A DNA stretch of 63,631 nucleotides, counting the filler, from Octopus bimaculoides (lineage: Eukaryota): NCBI RefSeq assembly GCF_001194135.2. It is 5 parts of 5 records of this genome, joined end to end, with 100 filler letters (N's around TTAATTAATTAA, not from the genome) between each part and the next. Parts side by side here need not be neighbours in the genome. Positions count along the whole stretch, not along the records: positions 21,574 to 33,092 come from NC_068993.1; positions 33,193 to 57,650 come from NC_068984.1; 3 more parts are not named here. One strand, written 5' to 3'. The notes under the pieces are model-generated. The model searched no databases. It had not been told where the DNA came from and was given only the letters and a program-made list of their open reading frames with translations. Positions 23,700 through 36,652 of this stretch are shown here, one piece after another; position 1 is the first letter of the stretch; each line of letters begins with the position of its first letter. Both the position numbers and the translations under genes were made by a program.

Positions 23700-24341
23700 C
23701 TGCCAGTGTTACGATGGTTATGGTGATGGTTATTGTAGTGGTGGTCACGGTATTTGCGGTAGTGGTGGTGGTGGTAGTGGTGCTGGTGGTAGTTATGGTG
23801 GGTTCTTTGTATGATGTATTGAGTGCTAAAAGGGATGTTTCTGATTTGGATGGTGTTTATTGTGGTATTTTAAATGGTGGTGATGGTTGTGGTGGTGGTT
23901 GTGGTACTGCATACTCATGGTAGTGGTGTTTGCGGTTGTGGCGGTGGTGGTTGTGGTAGTTGTGGTAGTGGTTGTGGTGGTGGTTGTTAGGGCTATGGTG
24001 GCAGTAACGATGATGTTGTATTAGTAGTAGTAATTATGGTGGCGGTAGTGGTGTTAACAGTGTAGTTAGTGGTATTAAAGGTAGTGACGTCAGTGATGGT
24101 GGTGAGGGCGGTGTTGGTGGTGGTTATAGTAGTAGTAATAGTAGTAGTGGTGGTGGTGGCGCTGGTAAATTAGAGATGCTACAAATGGTGATGGTGATGG
24201 CGGAGATTGTACATGTTGTGGTCGCGGTGTAGCAGAGAGGGTGGAGGTGGTGGTGATGGTTATAGGGGTGGATGCTGGTTTGTAGCTTTTGCCGCCTTAT
24301 TGTTATAGTCGTCGATGTTGTTGCTGCTGTTGCCGTTCCTT

Positions 24342-24380
<39 letters not shown>

Positions 24381-25140
24381 GAGGAGGAGGAGGAGGAGTA
24401 GGAGTATTAATAGTAGTAGTAGTAGTAGTAGTAGTAGTAGGAGGAGGAGGAGGAGGAGGAGGAGGAGTATTAATAGTAGTAGTAGTAGTAAATGTTGTTG
24501 CTGTTACTACTGCTGTTGTTGTCGTCGTCGTCGTTCTTGTTGCTACTGCTGCGGCTGCTGCTGTCGTGTTTGCATAATTATCAACGCTTCTGACCCCTCC
24601 ACCCCCTTCGTCACAGCCCTTCCAAGCGCAACAACGTTACCCTTTGTCTTCTCTCTCCTTTTTTTTTCTTTTTGTTTTTGCTTCTGTTTCACTTGGTTCA
24701 ATTCTCACATGAACCAGTGTTGACTTCCTGTATTGCAATGTCAGGGTAGAATACAATGGAGATCTGGCTGCTGTTTCTAGTGGGCTGGAATTTCTTCACA
24801 ATAGTCTTGGTGTATGTAGCAATGGTGTAGTGTTGCTGTCGATGTTGTTGTTGTTTTTGTTATTGTTGTTGTTATTGATGTTGTGGTTGTGTTTGTGGTG
24901 GTAGTTATGCTGGTATGCTGTATGTGAGGTGATCATGTGACGGTGATGGTAGTGGTGGCGTTAGTGGCTGTTGCTGTGGTTGTGGTTGTAGTCGTGGTTG
25001 TAGTTGTGGTGGTTCTAGTGGTGCTGATTGTAGTCATGGTAGTCGTGTAGTGATAGTGGTCGTAATTGTAGTTGCGGTCGTGGTGGTGCCGTGGTTGGTG
25101 TCGTGATGATAGTAGTAAACTTGTAGCAGTGATGTTTATC
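23700..25140. repeat. Low-complexity (GGT)n/(AGT)n/(GGA)n/(GTT)n region
   Basis: Direct reading; produces poly-Val/Ser/Thr ORFs. Confidence 0.9.
24718..24811 (+). other. Candidate exon containing a signal-peptide-like start (MEIWLLFLVGWNFFTIVL, ATG at 24756)
   Basis: Long pyrimidine tract 24640-24705, acaATGG context, GTATGT donor; a minus-strand GTGAGA donor at 24708 competes. Confidence 0.2.
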
Positions 25141-25149
25141 ATGTTGGTG

Positions 25150-25553
25150 CTTAATCCTAGATTATCTCTAATCCATTATATTTAAGGTCGATGGATTTTC
25201 CAGCCATGACCATCCTAACTCACTTTACTTTCACACTTAATATATGAAGGACTATTACATTACACAAAGTCTTTCATAAAGACGGCCAAGACATTTCGCA
25301 CCTATTTCGAGCAGCCCGTTAGACTCAATGCATCCTTCTTAGAATTGTTGTTCATGTTATTCTTGTAGTTCTTCCTTAATCCTGTATTACCTCTAATCCA
25401 TCATACCTAAGATCGACGGATTTTCCAACCATAATACTATATAATACAAAGTCTTTCATAAAGACAGCCAAGGTACGCTTTCATAGACATTTCGCTCCTA
25501 TTTCTAGCAGGCTCATAAACCCGATGTATCCGTCTTAGAGTTGCTGTTCATGT
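25150..25553. repeat. Diverged tandem duplication of a ~200 bp unit
   Basis: cttaatcct...aaagtctttcataaagac...gttcatgtt at 25150-25358 and 25376-25553. Confidence 0.85.
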
Positions 25554-25760
25554 TGAGCTGGCAGAACCGTTAGCATGCCGGGCGGAAGACATTTCTTGGC
25601 GACATTTCGTCCGTCTTTACGTTCTCAGTTCGAATTCCGCCGGAGTCGACTTTGCCTTTCATCCATTTGGGATCGATAAAATAAATACCAGTTGAGTACC
25701 ATGGTAGATGTAATCGGCTATCTCCCTCCGCCATATTTCAGGCCTTGTGCTTGTACTAGA
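25554..25760 (+). mobile_element. tRNA-derived SINE with Meta/MESC-like core
   Basis: gagctggcagaaccgttagc...gtcgactttgcctttcatcc. Confidence 0.85.
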
Positions 25761-26193
25761 AAGTCTATTGTTTTTGCCCTTATTTAACTCAGATCAGTCC
25801 TGTTTTAAGAATACCGTTGCAGGTTCAGCTGTTTACGAAGGGGTAACCAACTTTTGTCGCAGCACAAGATGTGTAGAGCGAGAGGTTGCTCCGGGACAAA
25901 CTGTGTCCATCACAATACCGGAAGAAGTGGTGTGCTTGGAATGGCAAATGTGATAATGATTATAATTTTCGGCGTTCACACGTGTGTATTTATGCATGCA
26001 TGCATGTATGCGTATGCGTCTCTGTGTGTTTGTTTGTGTGTGTAAGTGAGTGCGTATGAGAGTGAGTTCATTTGTGTGTGTGTGTGTGTGTGTGTGTGTG
26101 AGCGTGTGAGAGTGAGATTATTTGTGTGTATGTGTGTTTGAGTGTGTGAGTGTGTGAGAGTGATTTCGTTTGTGTGAGAGCGAGATTGAGTTT

Positions 26194-26238
<45 letters not shown>

Positions 26239-27060
26239 TATGTGTATATATATATGTGTGTGTGTAGTGTATGTGGGTCTGTATGCACACAGACCCGTAG
26301 GCAGAGAATAAAACAAAATCTGTGAGTGTATAGTCGTAAACCATCACATGCAAACACACTAACGTTCCACGCGCATGCACACACACACACACACGCAAAC
26401 ACACACAAACATCCTCCCCCCCCCATACACACACTACAAAATGAAACGAACGCATACAAAAAGATAACGTGTACAAAAGCTATACACACATATACAAGAA
26501 ATAACACACTCGCACGCACGCACACATATACATGAGCTCTCTCCCGTGATTTCACACGCATACTCTTTGATTTAGAGTCATGCATCAATACATTCATGAT
26601 GCTGCTGCTGGTGAAGCTGATGAGAATAATGATTATGATGACAACGACCATGACGACGATATGGAACCTCACTTCCACCAATATCACAATCATCAATCAC
26701 CACCACCACCACCACCACCACCACCACTACCATCAGCATCATCATCATCATCATCTCCATCATCATCATCATCATCAATGATGGTGGTGATGATGTTTGT
26801 TAATGGAAAAGATCGGTCGTTGCGGTGATGACAATGACGATGCTAAGGAGGAAGAAGAGAAGGAGGAAGAGCAGAAGGAGGAAGAGCAGAAGGATGGAAA
26901 GAGGGTGGGGTAAGCGGAAGAATGTGAATGCTGACGAGGACGATCAGGATGATGTCGATGAGGTCATCAGTGACAAGTAACGACATCTACAGGCAGAATG
27001 CAAAATTCGAGTAAAGTATGGAGCCGGGTGTATATAACAATATTTCATGCTTTCGATGTA

Positions 27061-27183
27061 TACATAAGGATATATAAGGATATATGCATAAGGATACGTA
27101 AGGATACATAAGGATATATATAAGGACATATAAGGATATATATAAGGATATATACAAGTATATGTAAGGATATGTATATGAGG
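27061..27183. repeat. Minisatellite of (T)AAGGATAT-like units
   Basis: Direct reading. Confidence 0.85.
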
Positions 27184-27272
27184 ATGTTGTGTTTAGTGTA
27201 GATGTGTATGAGTGCAATTTTGCAAGTGTGCATCTGCAATACATACAGACATGTATGTGTAGTTGTATTAAT

Positions 27273-28186
27273 TACTAGACTACCCGGGACCTGTTGGGTC
27301 ACTGGAAAAGTCTGCGTTTACCAGCAACAGAGTTTTGTTTTGTGGTTATTTTTTTCTTTTCCAGATTACTTCGCATGCTTTCAACGAATGTGACATCGAA
27401 ATCACACGTAAATGGCTCCTTTCCTCGGAAAAGGAAAGATTTGGCTGCTATTTCTTGAGGCCCTGCTACCACGTAACAGGCATTTCGAGTCCTTTAAAGC
27501 AAGTACCTATTACGTGGTAGCAGGGCGTGCTAGAATTAGCAGCCACTTATTTGGAGGTGAAATACGTTGAGTGCACTTGTAAAAAAAAAACTATGGAAAA
27601 AGATTATTTCACACCGAAGTTACGAACGAGTCTTTTACGAAATATTTACCGTATTTTTAAAGTCATTTTCACTTCAAAATATTTCTTAAATATGCCAAAA
27701 AAGTTTTTGAAAATAATTTTTATAAAATATTAAAATATTCTCTGTTTCAAGAAAGCAAAAATATAAATACTTACTATACAAACAACTTACAATTTTGCAA
27801 TCACATTCACTTTAAAATATTTCTAAATTATCAAAATATTGTGTTTAAAAAAAGCGAAAATAGAAACATTTACTGTAAAAAAAACAAATCGTATTTTTGC
27901 TTTGCAAAATCAGTGTCTAATCGAAAGGTGAGAATTTCTTCCATTTCAGGACGAAGTTATATTCAGAACATTTTCACATTCTGCACGGCTTTGGGTATTT
28001 GTACCCCAAATCACGAATATCTCAATAGCTACTGCTCCGATTTACACGAAACTTGTTTCATTCCGTTCATATTAACATCTCAGGGTTGACTTAATTCATA
28101 GTATCTTCCCATTATGCGCCAGTTTAGCTGTGTAACATTGCAAGCAAGGAAGCAAGACTGAATTTCACTTTTATTAGTATATAGAT
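27273..28186 (+). mobile_element. Non-autonomous Helitron/Helentron-like element
   Basis: Starts TACTAG, ends ttttattagtatatagat, internal hairpin at 27461-27525; class is inference from the termini. Confidence 0.45.
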
Positions 28187-28189
28187 TTT

Positions 28190-28500
28190 TTACTTATTTC
28201 GATCATTGTACTTCGGTCATGCTGGGGCAAATCGACGCACTACTGTTTGCTTTTTGTTTTACTCGATTTTTCTTAAGCTTCCTAATTATTCGCTGGGTGA
28301 TCTTTGCCGAACAGCTAAGTTACGTGGACGTAAGTAAACCGACACCGGCTGTCCTGCGACAGGAAAGGTCAAATACAAAAACCAAAAGGATACACACACA
28401 GATATAAGCACATTTATGCACACGCGAACATACATACAAACATCTATACATGCATACACATACATAGACACACACATATATATAGCCACCCATATTACTA

Positions 28501-28536
<36 letters not shown>

Positions 28537-28546
28537 NNNNNNNNNN

Positions 28547-28611
<65 letters not shown>

Positions 28612-28880
28612 TGGGGGAGAGGGAGAGAAAGAGAGAGAGAGGGGGAGAGGGAGAGAAAGAGAGAGAGAGGGGGAGAGGGAGAGAAAGAAAGAGAGAGAGA
28701 GAGATAAGACGTATGATATGTGAGGTTTCACACAGTTTCTGTCTACCGAACTCACTTACAAGATATTGACTGGCTTGGGGCATTACTAGAAGACTTTTGT
28801 ACAAGGTACCGTGCCGTGGGGATGAACCCAAGGTCATGGTATTACCAAACCGAGCTTCTTAACCACACAATCATGCCTGT
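28190..28880 (-). mobile_element. SINE remnants with expanded internal microsatellite and gap
   Basis: ttgccgaacagctaagttacgtggacgtaag and aagacttttgtacaaggtaccgtgccgtggggatgaaccc. Confidence 0.7.
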
Positions 28881-28959
28881 CTGCTCGTACGTATCTGTTT
28901 ACGTTTCCGTATAACATATTTATGCTTACAAACAAACGAAACAAATACTGATTACTCAT

Positions 28960-29320
28960 TACAGGATGTTCAGTTCTGTTTCATTTCCTTTTGTACTCTC
29001 GAACACAAAGGACAGCAAGCTGACGCCACTGGCAGCAGTTTCGCTTCCGTCCGCCCATGTGATATTGGCCTCTTTCACGTCGGTTAAGAATGTTCTATGG
29101 CACGTTGTGTTCTGTCTTGCTCTGTATCCTTCCAGTGGTGTCTCTTTGAAAGCTGTTGTGAAATTACATTGTGTGAGTATCCGAAGTAGTTGACCTGCTG
29201 GATCTAATCTTCCTTCTCTTACGACTGCGCTAAATGGCCATGTGTTGGCTCTCTTTAGAATGTCTTTATTGGTGATGTGGGGTATATATTCTTCGAGAAT
29301 AATTATATGACTCATTTATG
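28960..29320 (-). mobile_element. 3' fragment of an RTE-type LINE
   Basis: HITNKDILKRANT...RL...GQLLR...RQNTTCHRTFLTDVKEANITW resembles the RTE C-terminus. Confidence 0.7.
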
Positions 29321-29759
29321 GCTCATTTCGATGTTACTCTGAGTTTTAAGCATATTTGTCTAATGAAGTTAACGGTCGCATGATTCACAAACACTTTGGA
29401 ACAACATACAAACATTCGCAGTCATACGCACGTATATTGGAAAGTAAACTATGTGTGTGTGTATGTGCTTGTGTCTTGTATATGTGTGTGTGTGTGTGTG
29501 TTTATATCGTGTGTACATGCATGTATGTATGTGAGTATGTTTGTAATAATAAATGTATCTCGATCAACTAAATTAATAGACTGACTGATTTATTGTAATA
29601 TGTGGCTGAGAATTCCGTGTGCAAACGTGTACTCTCTACATAAATCTCAGACGGAGTCAACCTCACACTGAGAGACAAGTTCGAATCTTTGAACTACAAG
29701 TACGTTCTGTCCACGTGCTTCTCTACCGTCTATCTGGTTCTGAATCAGATATTACGGCT

Positions 29760-29872
29760 TGGATCAAGTTTATAGAAAGTGGCACTTGCCAGGGATGTCA
29801 CACGGAGGAATCGAAATTGGGATCTGAAGAATGCGAAGCGAACGTTTTAACCACTTGACCATACTGCGCCTA
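29760..29872 (-). mobile_element. tRNA-derived SINE head
   Basis: gcgcagtatggtcaagtggttaaaacg...aatttcgattcctcc...cctggcaagtgccactttctata. Confidence 0.6.
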
Positions 29873-29922
29873 ATATGTGTGTGTATGTGTGTAAGATCGA
29901 TCGATCGATCGATAGATACACT

Positions 29923-29956
<34 letters not shown>

Positions 29957-29980
29957 AAGATAGATAGATAGATAGGTAGG

Positions 29981-30040
<60 letters not shown>

Positions 30041-30084
30041 CAGGTAGATAGAGAAAACCGACAAACGGACAGATAGAAAGATAG

Positions 30085-30350
30085 ATAATATTTCATTATA
30101 TTAATCTCCTTAGTGTCCTCTAGGCATATAAAATCTGTCAGTTCATGCCAAACACTTCTTTCTAGAGCCATACCTTCCATATCCATCCAATTTCCTTACT
30201 TTACTTCTCACTCCATCGTTTATAGCTGTGGTTCTCGGTCTAGCATTTCTTTTCCATTCCACAAGACACCAACACAAACGTTGCTTTATTAAATTTCTTT
30301 ACCTTCTGAGAACATGGCCCATCGATTTCCGTTTTAGAGATTTCACAAAA
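30085..30350 (-). mobile_element. 3' fragment of an RTE-type LINE
   Basis: Degenerate GKR-ARPRTT...GV...MALERSVW. Confidence 0.5.
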
Positions 30351-30437
30351 CAATTGCATCTTCTAAACGCATAGAATGTGCCTTACAGATATATATCGTT
30401 TACGTGTTGTTTGCAAACACATGCTCTCTCTTTATAC

Positions 30438-30524
<87 letters not shown>

Positions 30525-30527
30525 AGG

Positions 30528-30558
<31 letters not shown>

Positions 30559-30699
30559 AGGATATGATCGTTATTTAAAATACCGATCTTATCAGGCGGC
30601 CAGCATGGGAATAAAAACCTCAAAAGTGATAATTATTATTAAAATTAAGTGTATCTAAGAGATTGTCATGTAGTTATTAGGTCTGTGGAAGGTGAAAAA

Positions 30700-30895
30700 C
30701 CTTCATGGGCTGTCTTAGGGAAATTTCGAACTTGGATTCTCATTCCAAAGGTATTTTTCGATATTATTATTATTATTATTATTCAGGTCACTGCCTGGAC
30801 TCGAACTCGGAATATTGGGGTTAGTAGCCCGCGCGCTTAACCACTACGCCATACGAGGACAAATATCGGTCAAATGTAAATAATGTACATAATGT
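30700..30895 (-). mobile_element. Second, truncated copy of the tRNA-head/HHR composite element
   Basis: Same head (ggcgtagtggttaagcgcgcgggctactaacccc), (AAT)n linker and gaatgagaatccaagttcgaaatttccc, with an inverted 3' fragment abutting the head. Confidence 0.85.
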
Positions 30896-31152
30896 TCTGA
30901 ATCCCTGTCGTGGTTGAGAGAGAGGTGTGATGTGTGTGTAAGGGACGTTAGGAATTGGTCCTTCTTCAAGATTTGCGGCTACACTGAAGAGGATGTTATG
31001 TGAACATGGTGGTACTCTTCCTAAAAGTGTTTGTTAAACTTCAGAACTGTTGAACCTTTTCTATGTTCCATATTCTAGGAATTTGACATTCATGTTGTTT
31101 TTATTTAGCCATCCGATCATTCCTCATTGAAGAGAACAATGATCAATGGCGT

Positions 31153-31466
31153 TCAAACATTAACGATCCAATCGTTTTTAAAGTATGCTGCACGGACTAC
31201 ATTTTCCCGCAGAAATATATCCCCGATTTTTATGACAATGAGAGTTGAACGAAAAATGGCTGCTATTTCTAGCAATTCACGTGACTCTTTAGAAGCTCCT
31301 CGTATACGCTCGCATATGACAGTGTTAGAATGATTAGTGGTAAATATTGATGAGTTCAGTGATTCATTCACTGGACTCATCATTAAGTTATTATATTTGT
31401 GTTTGCCATATTTTGTCTGGCATTGGAATTCTGAGGCTTTAGGTTTCTCTATTTTTGGAGGGATAC
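31153..31466 (-). CDS. Probable terminal coding exon of the minus-strand gene (104 aa, product unknown)
   Basis: Strong acceptor tctttattttcttttgcag, 104 open codons (GIPPKIEKPK...DWIVNV*), AATAAA about 50 nt after the stop. Confidence 0.55.
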
Positions 31467-31616
31467 CTGCAAAAGAAAATAAAGAAGTCAAACTGTAATT
31501 ATTTTTTTTTTCTCTTTTTTTTGCGTGGTTTTTGGAAAGTGATGTTTTTCAAGCGATGTCTGATAACAGTGTTTGACTGGTAGCACAATGTATGTTTAAT
31601 ATTTGATATTGTTAAG

Positions 31617-32050
31617 ATGGCGACCTGGTAGAATCGTTAGCATGCCGAGCAGAATACTCAGGGCCATTTGATTTTTGAGTTCAAATTCCATCAAGGTCGA
31701 CTTCGCCTTTCACCCTTTCATCCTTTCATGGGGGCCGATAAATTAAGTACAAGTCAAGCACTGGGGGCAATTTAATCGATTTAGTGCCCCCTCTCCCCCC
31801 TACACACATACCTTCTCCGAATTTGCTGGCCTTGTGCAAAATATTGAAGCGAATATTTGATAGTGTTAAGGCGGGCGAACCGGCAGAACCGTTTCGACGC
31901 CGGGCAAAATATGGTCTTTACGTTCTGAGTTCAAATTCCGCCGTGGCCGACTTTGCCTTTCATTCCTTTAGGGTCGATGAAATAAGTACCAGTTGAACCC
32001 TGAAGGGTCGATATAATCCCCTGAAACTGCTGGTCCCGTGCCAAAAATTT
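31617..32050 (+). mobile_element. Two tandem Meta/MESC-like SINE copies
   Basis: Heads at about 31617 and 31867, each with gagttcaaattcc...gactt(c/t)gcctttca. Confidence 0.85.
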
Positions 32051-32537
32051 GAAACTATTATTAATGTTGTTATTGTGATATGGGGTTAGGTGTGTCCGGT
32101 GTAATTATAGTTCTTGTTACCGCACGTGCTATCATTATCGTTGCTGCTGCTGCTGTTGTTAATTATCGTGTAAAAGGGTTTTACTATTAATTTTTATGGT
32201 TTTTGCTGGATACAAATGTTTTGCCAGCGTTCTAGTTTTACACGGTTTATTTAGTTTTATTTCAATTGTGTGTGATTTTGGTGTATTCTGTTTCAAGTTG
32301 CCTATGGATTTTATGAGGCTTGGCTATTTCTGGTGCGCAATTTCAATTATATTTTTAATGTTGCCTTGTGGGATATTGTAATTGTGTTCTTGTAGTCTGT
32401 AAAGCTTGATTCTGTTTCCTGGTGGAAGTCATTCATATCAGTTTTTTTGTTTTTGTTTCCTTACCTTACTTCTTTTTCTAATTCATAGAAGCGCTTTTTT
32501 TTTCTTCTTTCTTTCTTTCCTTTCTTCATTTACATAG

Positions 32538-32666
32538 GAGTACGTTGTGATAATAATTGCCAGGTTATCCGGCCGGCAAGTTGTTTGCTATTGGCAACTG
32601 ATTGTAGTTGTTAGATGCGAGAAGGAGAATGGGATGACTGGGGAAAATTTGTTTCTAGACGGCTTG
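32538..32666 (+). other. Candidate 129-nt exon
   Basis: Long pyrimidine tract plus AG, TTG|GTGAGG donor, phase 0 frame open; no recognised domain. Confidence 0.2.
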
Positions 32667-33226
32667 GTGAGGAATGTGTGTACATGAAGGCGTGGAATAT
32701 CTAGAATAAAAGGTGTTAGATTGGTAAAATTCTTAGAACGTTGGATAAAACTATTTTGCGGTATTTTTACATCTCATTACGTCTAGAGTATAATTCGACC
32801 ACAATCAATCTCAGTTCTCATGATTTCGATGTCGATAGCAAAATATCGGTTTAATGGTGAAGTCGATATAATGGACTATAATCTTCTCCAAAGCTTGGGG
32901 CCATATAACTGTTTTAGAGTTAAGTAGGTTTAGTTGAGATTGTACGATGGGGGTGCTGAAGGGTTCCTAGCTTTAAGGATGTGGTGAAAGTTCTGGCTGC
33001 AGACCCAAAATTTCGAGTTCTTTTTCAGGGTTTAGAAAAAGTGAAGGACCAAAACAATAAGTGTATGAATCTAAGAGGGGTATATGTTGAATNNNNNNNN
33101 NNNNNNNNNNNNNNNNNNNNNNNNNNNNNNNNNNNNTTAATTAATTAANNNNNNNNNNNNNNNNNNNNNNNNNNNNNNNNNNNNNNNNNNNNCTCGCATT
33201 GTTCCGGCTTTACACTATATTCTTCA

Positions 33227-33276
<50 letters not shown>

Positions 33277-35300
33277 ACACACACCCACACCCACACCCAC
33301 ACCCACACACACACTCACTCACAAACAAACACATATATCGTTGACGTCATGTCTACAGGAGATGCGGGTTCGAGTACCGAGGGCAGCCTTCGACAATGTT
33401 TTCTATTCAAAAGTCTTTCCACCTATTATTTACATGTTATTGCTTACAGAATTATGTTTTTTGAAATCCATTATTCTTCCAAAATAATTATGCATATATA
33501 TATAAGTATGTATGTGCACACACATGCGTACACTCTACATATATTATATACGTATACTTATATATACACAATACATACACAAATATATTTATACCAAGTT
33601 GAACTAAATTTGAGAGATGTTAATGCGCTATTTCGCTACATCATCTTACGTACGTTTCATTAACAAATAATGAGGATTAGTTACTTAATGTAATTTCCTT
33701 AATCAAGATGTCAAATCTTCAGAGACGAGTAACCTGTTTTATGTAACATTATTGGATTGTTGAACAGTGGACATAAGTAACCATTGTAGACATAGCGACG
33801 AACTGTGGTGGCTAAGTACATCCATTTATATGCATATTAATGCGTACATATATGTGGGTATGTAAGTGTGTGTGTTTATGAGTGTTTGTGTATAAATATG
33901 TATATAGCTCTTCTTTTACTGAAATTGCTTCAGTAGAAGTCGGTTAGTTTCGTGTTTAGCATTGATACAAAATACGAGTGTTGAGGGGAGTTAAATACTT
34001 TTTAGCGAATGTTTCACACTACGAGCTTTTCGAGCCCTGTATGTTTGAGGGATCCCCGCAGATAACCTGGAGTGAAAACGGTTATAGTGTGAACTATTAA
34101 ATACACATTCATACACACAGACACTTGTGTGTGTGAGTGTGTGTGTTTGTGTGTGTGTGTGTGTGTGTATGATGTGTGTGTGTGAGTGTGTGTGTGAGTG
34201 TCTATGATGTGTGTGTAAGTGTGCGTGTGTGTGTTTATGTGTGTGTGTCTATTCGCATGTGCATGCGGTTCGGTATGTATGTAAGCACCTATTTATAAAT
34301 AACTCAATAGGTCTGCAGTGAACATTTACTTTTCATATCACACTCTAATTACTACCTATATAAATAAGCAAGCCTTCTAGATTATGACATATTTTGAAGA
34401 TGATGTCGTTGAATCCAAATTCAACAGAAGTCTACACAATTTCTGTTGAACAAAAGAAGCAGTGAAAACCTTAATCAACTAAGATTTGATCGAAAACACT
34501 GATTCTATTACATAAATGCCTGAGGACACTTACAGGAGAATGTCATTAAATTTAAAGAAATATTAATTTCGTACGTGGATTGGCGCTATTGCTATACAAT
34601 GATTGTCCTTGGACAGATACATAAATATTTATGACACTCAACGCATATGTTTCAGCACCAGTAATTTTGCTGAAAGTTTCCTTTCAAATGCAAACATAAA
34701 AAGAGTGATATCATAGTTTATAACAGTTAACTATAGCTGGGAGATAGATCCATACGGACTACTGATTTGATACCTAGGAATTCTCAAACTATAACGTACA
34801 TATACAATTGGATGTATAGTTGTTCGTACACTGGGCAATATAACTAAATTATTGAATGATAATCCTGATTTGTTTCTTCAATTTTCAGTCAAAGGAAAAC
34901 ATCATAGTGTGTAAATTTCCAAGAGATACAGTGAGAATATTTTCAGACTTTTCTAAAACTCTGGTATTTAAGTGTTATTTATTTATTTTTTGTTTAATTC
35001 CTATATCAAAATTTACTTATTAGTTACAAACTAGTTCTTTATAGGAAAAATTTTAAATAATTAAATGTAAAACAAAACTTATATGTATAAACACGCCTAT
35101 CAGCTGATAAGCGTTTTTAGAATACAATTTAAGGTGGAATATGATAAAGAATATACTGACAAAAATCAAACGTTGCAACATTTTTGTCTACGAGGCCAAA
35201 AGATGCACATATATGGCTTAATTAATTTCAGAGGATATGTTATATAATTATATCACAGTTCTAAATTGTTTGTTACCACGTTTAAATATATATGTGTGTA

Positions 35301-35331
<31 letters not shown>

Positions 35332-35580
35332 ATGTATGTATGCATGCATGTATGTATGTATGTATGTATGTATGTATGTATGTATGTATGGATATATGTA
35401 TGTATGTATGTATATGAGTATAGTGCAGGCAAAATGCTATGTGTGCATATATCTTCAATTTATAATCTATCTCTCCATCAATTATTTCCCTTTCTCTCTC
35501 TCAATATATACAAGGATGGATATCTGTCTGTGTGTGGGTGGTGGTGGTGGTGGTGGTGGGCGCTGGTAGTGTATATACAG

Positions 35581-35635
<55 letters not shown>

Positions 35636-36289
35636 AAATTATACGTATATTTTTATGTGTGAATGTATGCGATAAGTGAATATACTTATATAAATATTCA
35701 TGTAAGTGAAATGTATAAATGAAGTTATAATATCGTTTATTCTGCAAGCTTATAGTAAATGAATTTATAAGACCTAATTACTAGTCATGTTATCTATGTA
35801 CGAGCTTTGTTTAAGTGGATGTATATATTTTCTTATATGTATATGTATAGGGATATTTTTACTGTATTTATATGAATACCACTTGTATGTAAGGCAAGTG
35901 TATTTTGAGTATGTAATCGCGTAAAATGCAGATAAGAGCATTATATGTGTCCGTGTGTATTTGCGTGTGTGCGTGCGCGTGCATGTGTATGCATGCATGC
36001 ATAAATACACTCCTGGCTAACTTACTGAATGCAATAATAGAACTGACTGATTACATCAGCTCAAGTCAAAGGTTAAGTTGATATCGAATCCAATACAGAA
36101 GCTAATCTGAGAGTCCCCATACAAAATATCAGTAACGGTGGGAAAGAGAAAAGCGAAGAGTTTGAAGTAAAGAAATAGAACGAGAGAGAAACAGAGAGGT
36201 TCCCTCCATATATATATACATATATATTTTTTTCTGCCATACATGCATACATAAATACATACATACATACATATAGAAAAAGACCCTTT

Positions 36290-36370
36290 TGTTGATGTTG
36301 ACATTCCAGTGAAGGAGCCTTGGATCTAGGTTAGAAATCTTGAAATAAAACTGAATAATGACATACATGC
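36290..36370 (+). mobile_element. Short 3' tail of the R4/Dong-like family seen at 13280
   Basis: ttagaaatcttgaaataaaactgaataatgacatacat. Confidence 0.7.
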
Positions 36371-36554
36371 ATCGAAGAAAATGAATATAGAAAAAGAGGT
36401 AAGAGAAGATAGATAGATAGATAGATAGAAGTAAGAAAGGGTTTGGGGTAAGTTAAAGCGGAGTAAATGTTTGAATATGTATTTTCAAAATATTGTCCTA
36501 TGACTAGGAAAGTGTATATTAATATCAATCAAAAAATATAAGGTAATTGTAAAT

Positions 36555-36652
36555 GCACACATGCACGCATATATACACATGCACGCATATACACACATGC
36601 ACGCATATACACACATGCACGCATATACACACATGCACGCATATACACACAT
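36555..36652. repeat. 18-bp tandem repeat (GCACGCATATACACACAT)n
   Basis: About five near-identical units. Confidence 0.9.

Noticed and set aside
23696-25142. Poly-Val/Ser/Thr mucin-like ORFs
   Set aside because: Trinucleotide low-complexity sequence without credible splice or start context.
32465-32700. Minus-strand exon with GTAAGG donor
   Set aside because: Stops in all three frames; the Lys/Glu-rich look comes from a plus-strand pyrimidine tract.
36555-36652. CRISPR-like regular repeat
   Set aside because: No spacers and no cas genes; an ordinary minisatellite in eukaryotic DNA.
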